Part shown: positions 62,004 to 64,000 of the stretch, in pieces | Position numbering within the stretch: position 1 is the first letter of the stretch | How the letters are laid out: the number at the start of each line of letters is the position of its first letter | Assembly (NCBI GenBank): GCA_030390025.1 | Contig: CM059438.1 | Coordinates: forward strand, 57,910,001-57,974,000 | DNA from: Squalus acanthias | Taxonomy: Eukaryota | Length of the DNA stretch: 64,000 nucleotides | Direction of reading: 5' to 3' | Notes under the pieces: generated by a model | Seen by the model: only the letters and a program-made list of their open reading frames with translations | The model's database searches: none | What the model was told of the DNA's origin: nothing | Translations under genes and position numbers: made by a program

Positions 62004-63362
62004 ATGCAGAAACTACTCCAACCCGCTCGTCTTGACCTGGACCCAAATTCACCTACAACTGCTAAGGTATGGAAACACTGGTATCGTACCTTCAGCAACT
62101 ACCTCAGGGCATGTGGTGAGAATGTTCCTGATAAGTTAGAGATACTTGCCAATTATGTATCCCCTTATGTGTTTGACTATATCGAAGACTGTGTAAACTA
62201 TGACTCCGCTATCCGACTACCACAGCACCTATATGTTAAGGCCCCAGACAAAATTTTTGCTCAGCATCTACTGGCCACAACTCGACAACAACCCGGGGTA
62301 TCACTTGACGAATTCCTTCAAAAGCTTCACAGGCTCAGCAAAGATTGTAATCTCAAGGCTGTCTCAGCTGAGCAGTACCAGGAGGAGTTAATTTGTGATT
62401 CTTTTATTAATGGAATTGCGTCTCCCTTCATACGCCAGCGTCTGCTGGAGAATAAAACCCTCGAGTTACAAGCTGCCTATGACCAGGCATATTCTCTGGA
62501 CTTGGCAAAAAAAAATGCAGATGCCTATCTTTTACCACGTGCACGGACTGCTGCTATCACTTTTAGTGACTCCTCCGATAAGCCTCAGGCGGAAGCCCTC
62601 ACTGATGACGACTGTATCCTAGCTGATGACGACCCTACCCTAGCGGCATCTTGGCAATCTAAAAGGAAGTGTTTCTTCTGTGGAGGTGCATTTCATTATA
62701 GGAAATTTTGTCCTGCTCGTAATGCAATCTGCAATCATTGCAGTAAGAAAGGCCACTTCTCGAAAGTATGTCAGTCAAGAGCCTCTTCTAGGGTTACAGC
62801 TGCTCCCTATAAAACTGCTCCTCCTCCAAGAGCCACTACTAATGTTACAGCTGTCATCTGTAAAACTGCTCCTCCCCCAAGAGCCACTACTAATGTTACA
62901 GCTGCCAAGGATAAAACTGCCCCTCCTCCCATCACAGCTGTTTTTCCCCAAAGCCTGTCCCATGCAGCCACGAAGGTTTCGGTAAATGGACACATTTTGA
63001 GTGTATTAATCGACTCATGCAGCTCTGACAGCTTCATCAGTGAGCAGGCTGTCAGTAAGTTAAAACTGCGTATTTACCCCTCGGACAGGGAAATTGAAAT
63101 GGCTCTGACAACACTGACCACTAACTCTTCCAGCTTTTGTCTTGTCGACCTTATTCTCAATGGCCGCACTTATTTCTCTACCCGGCTCGGGGTGCTCAAA
63201 AACCTATGCAGTGATGTGCTCCTGGGACAGGATTTCCAGAAACAACACAAAAGACTCACTTTCGAGTTTGGAGGATCAAAGCCGGAGCTTACTATTTCCA
63301 AAGTACCCGTATGTTGCACTTTGTGCGATCTAAAAATCTCCCATTTTCTATGGAAGACGTGA
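62004..63362 (+). CDS. Gypsy Gag-protease ORF (452 aa, last ~15 aa out of frame after the deletion)
   Basis: Two CCHC knuckles CFFCGGAFHYRKFC and CNHCSKKGHFSKVC; protease LIDSCSS and VLLGQDF. Confidence 0.88.
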   Translation: MQKLLQPARLDLDPNSPTTAKVWKHWYRTFSNYLRACGENVPDKLEILANYVSPYVFDYIEDCVNYDSAIRLPQHLYVKAPDKIFAQHLLATTRQQPGVSLDEFLQKLHRLSKDCNLKAVSAEQYQEELICDSFINGIASPFIRQRLLENKTLELQAAYDQAYSLDLAKKNADAYLLPRARTAAITFSDSSDKPQAEALTDDDCILADDDPTLAASWQSKRKCFFCGGAFHYRKFCPARNAICNHCSKKGHFSKVCQSRASSRVTAAPYKTAPPPRATTNVTAVICKTAPPPRATTNVTAAKDKTAPPPITAVFPQSLSHAATKVSVNGHILSVLIDSCSSDSFISEQAVSKLKLRIYPSDREIEMALTTLTTNSSSFCLVDLILNGRTYFSTRLGVLKNLCSDVLLGQDFQKQHKRLTFEFGGSKPELTISKVPVCCTLCDLKISHFLWKT

Positions 63363-64000
63363 AAAGAACATGCTCCACTTGTAGAATTTGCGCAGAATTA
63401 AAACCACAATTCTTCCGTCCGTTGAATGGCTCGCTCATACATGCTACACAGCCTATGCAGCGACTCAGCATTGATTTTAAAGGGCCATTGCCTTCCTCAA
63501 CGTGAAAAATCTACTTGCTTACTATGGTGGACGAATATTCACGCTTTCCCTTGTCCCAATATGCTTACTTCCACAGTGATCAAATGCCTCGATCAGGTCT
63601 TTTCCCTTTGCGGTACGGCCAATTTCATCCACTCTGATCGGGGTCCCTCCTTCATGTCAAGCGAACTCAAAAGTTATCCTTCCCAACGGGGAATCGCCAC
63701 AAGTAAAACGACACCGTATCATCCTTTTGGAAACGGACAGGTTGAGAGATACAACGCTATCATTTGGAACGCTGTTCATCTTGCACTGAGGTCACGCAAT
63801 CTACCAGACCAGCAGTGGGAAACTATGCTCCCTGACGCGTTGCATTCTTTCAGGTCTCTTCTTTCTACATCCACCAATGTTACTCCTCACGAACGATTCT
63901 TCGGGTTCCAGCGTCACTCCACTCATGGGACGTCTCTACCATCATGGTTGGCAGCTCCTGGCTCCGTGCTGCTCCGAAGATTCGTCCGATCCTCCAAGAG
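63311..64000 (+). pseudogene. Gypsy integrase, disrupted
   Basis: CRIC, LSIDFKGPLP, MVDEYSRFP, IHSDRG, YHPFGNGQVERYN; stop at 63503 and frameshift. Confidence 0.9.

Larger units (their letters stand above)
61714..64000 (+). mobile_element. Ty3/Gypsy (Mag-like) LTR retrotransposon lacking RT/RNase H, runs off the window
   Basis: Candidate LTR 61714-61904 (TGAAGTAA...TTACGTCA, TATAAATA, ATTAAA); gag-protease ORF; integrase relic. Confidence 0.92.

Overview
This is vertebrate nuclear DNA, most likely from a cartilaginous fish. That is inferred from the repeat content: dense CR1 LINEs, HE1-like V-SINEs and a tRNA-headed DeuSINE. The window is mostly transposon-derived, and no intact host gene can be supported. 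It contains about 13 CR1 copies nested up to four levels deep, L2 and L1 relics, a second CR1-group LINE with a mini-derivative, decayed PIF/Harbinger elements with many TIR-bounded MITEs, hAT and pogo/Tigger-type MITEs, and an RT-deleted Gypsy element at the right edge. Four Penelope-like insertions carry minimal hammerhead ribozyme motifs, and one of them forms a 249-bp inverted repeat. The highlights are: (1) a Harbinger-type MITE family whose interior is a series of hairpins, kept with compensatory changes across four diverged copies and followed by splice signals; (2) the Penelope hammerheads, including two ~130-bp insertions that begin at the ribozyme core; (3) a ~47 x 30-bp array that appears to have grown inside an exon resembling the N-terminus of a PC-esterase (PCED1/FAM113-like) gene, with a possible decayed C-terminal exon near 20.5 kb. 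All family assignments come from reading motifs by eye, not from database searches, and most boundaries are approximate.
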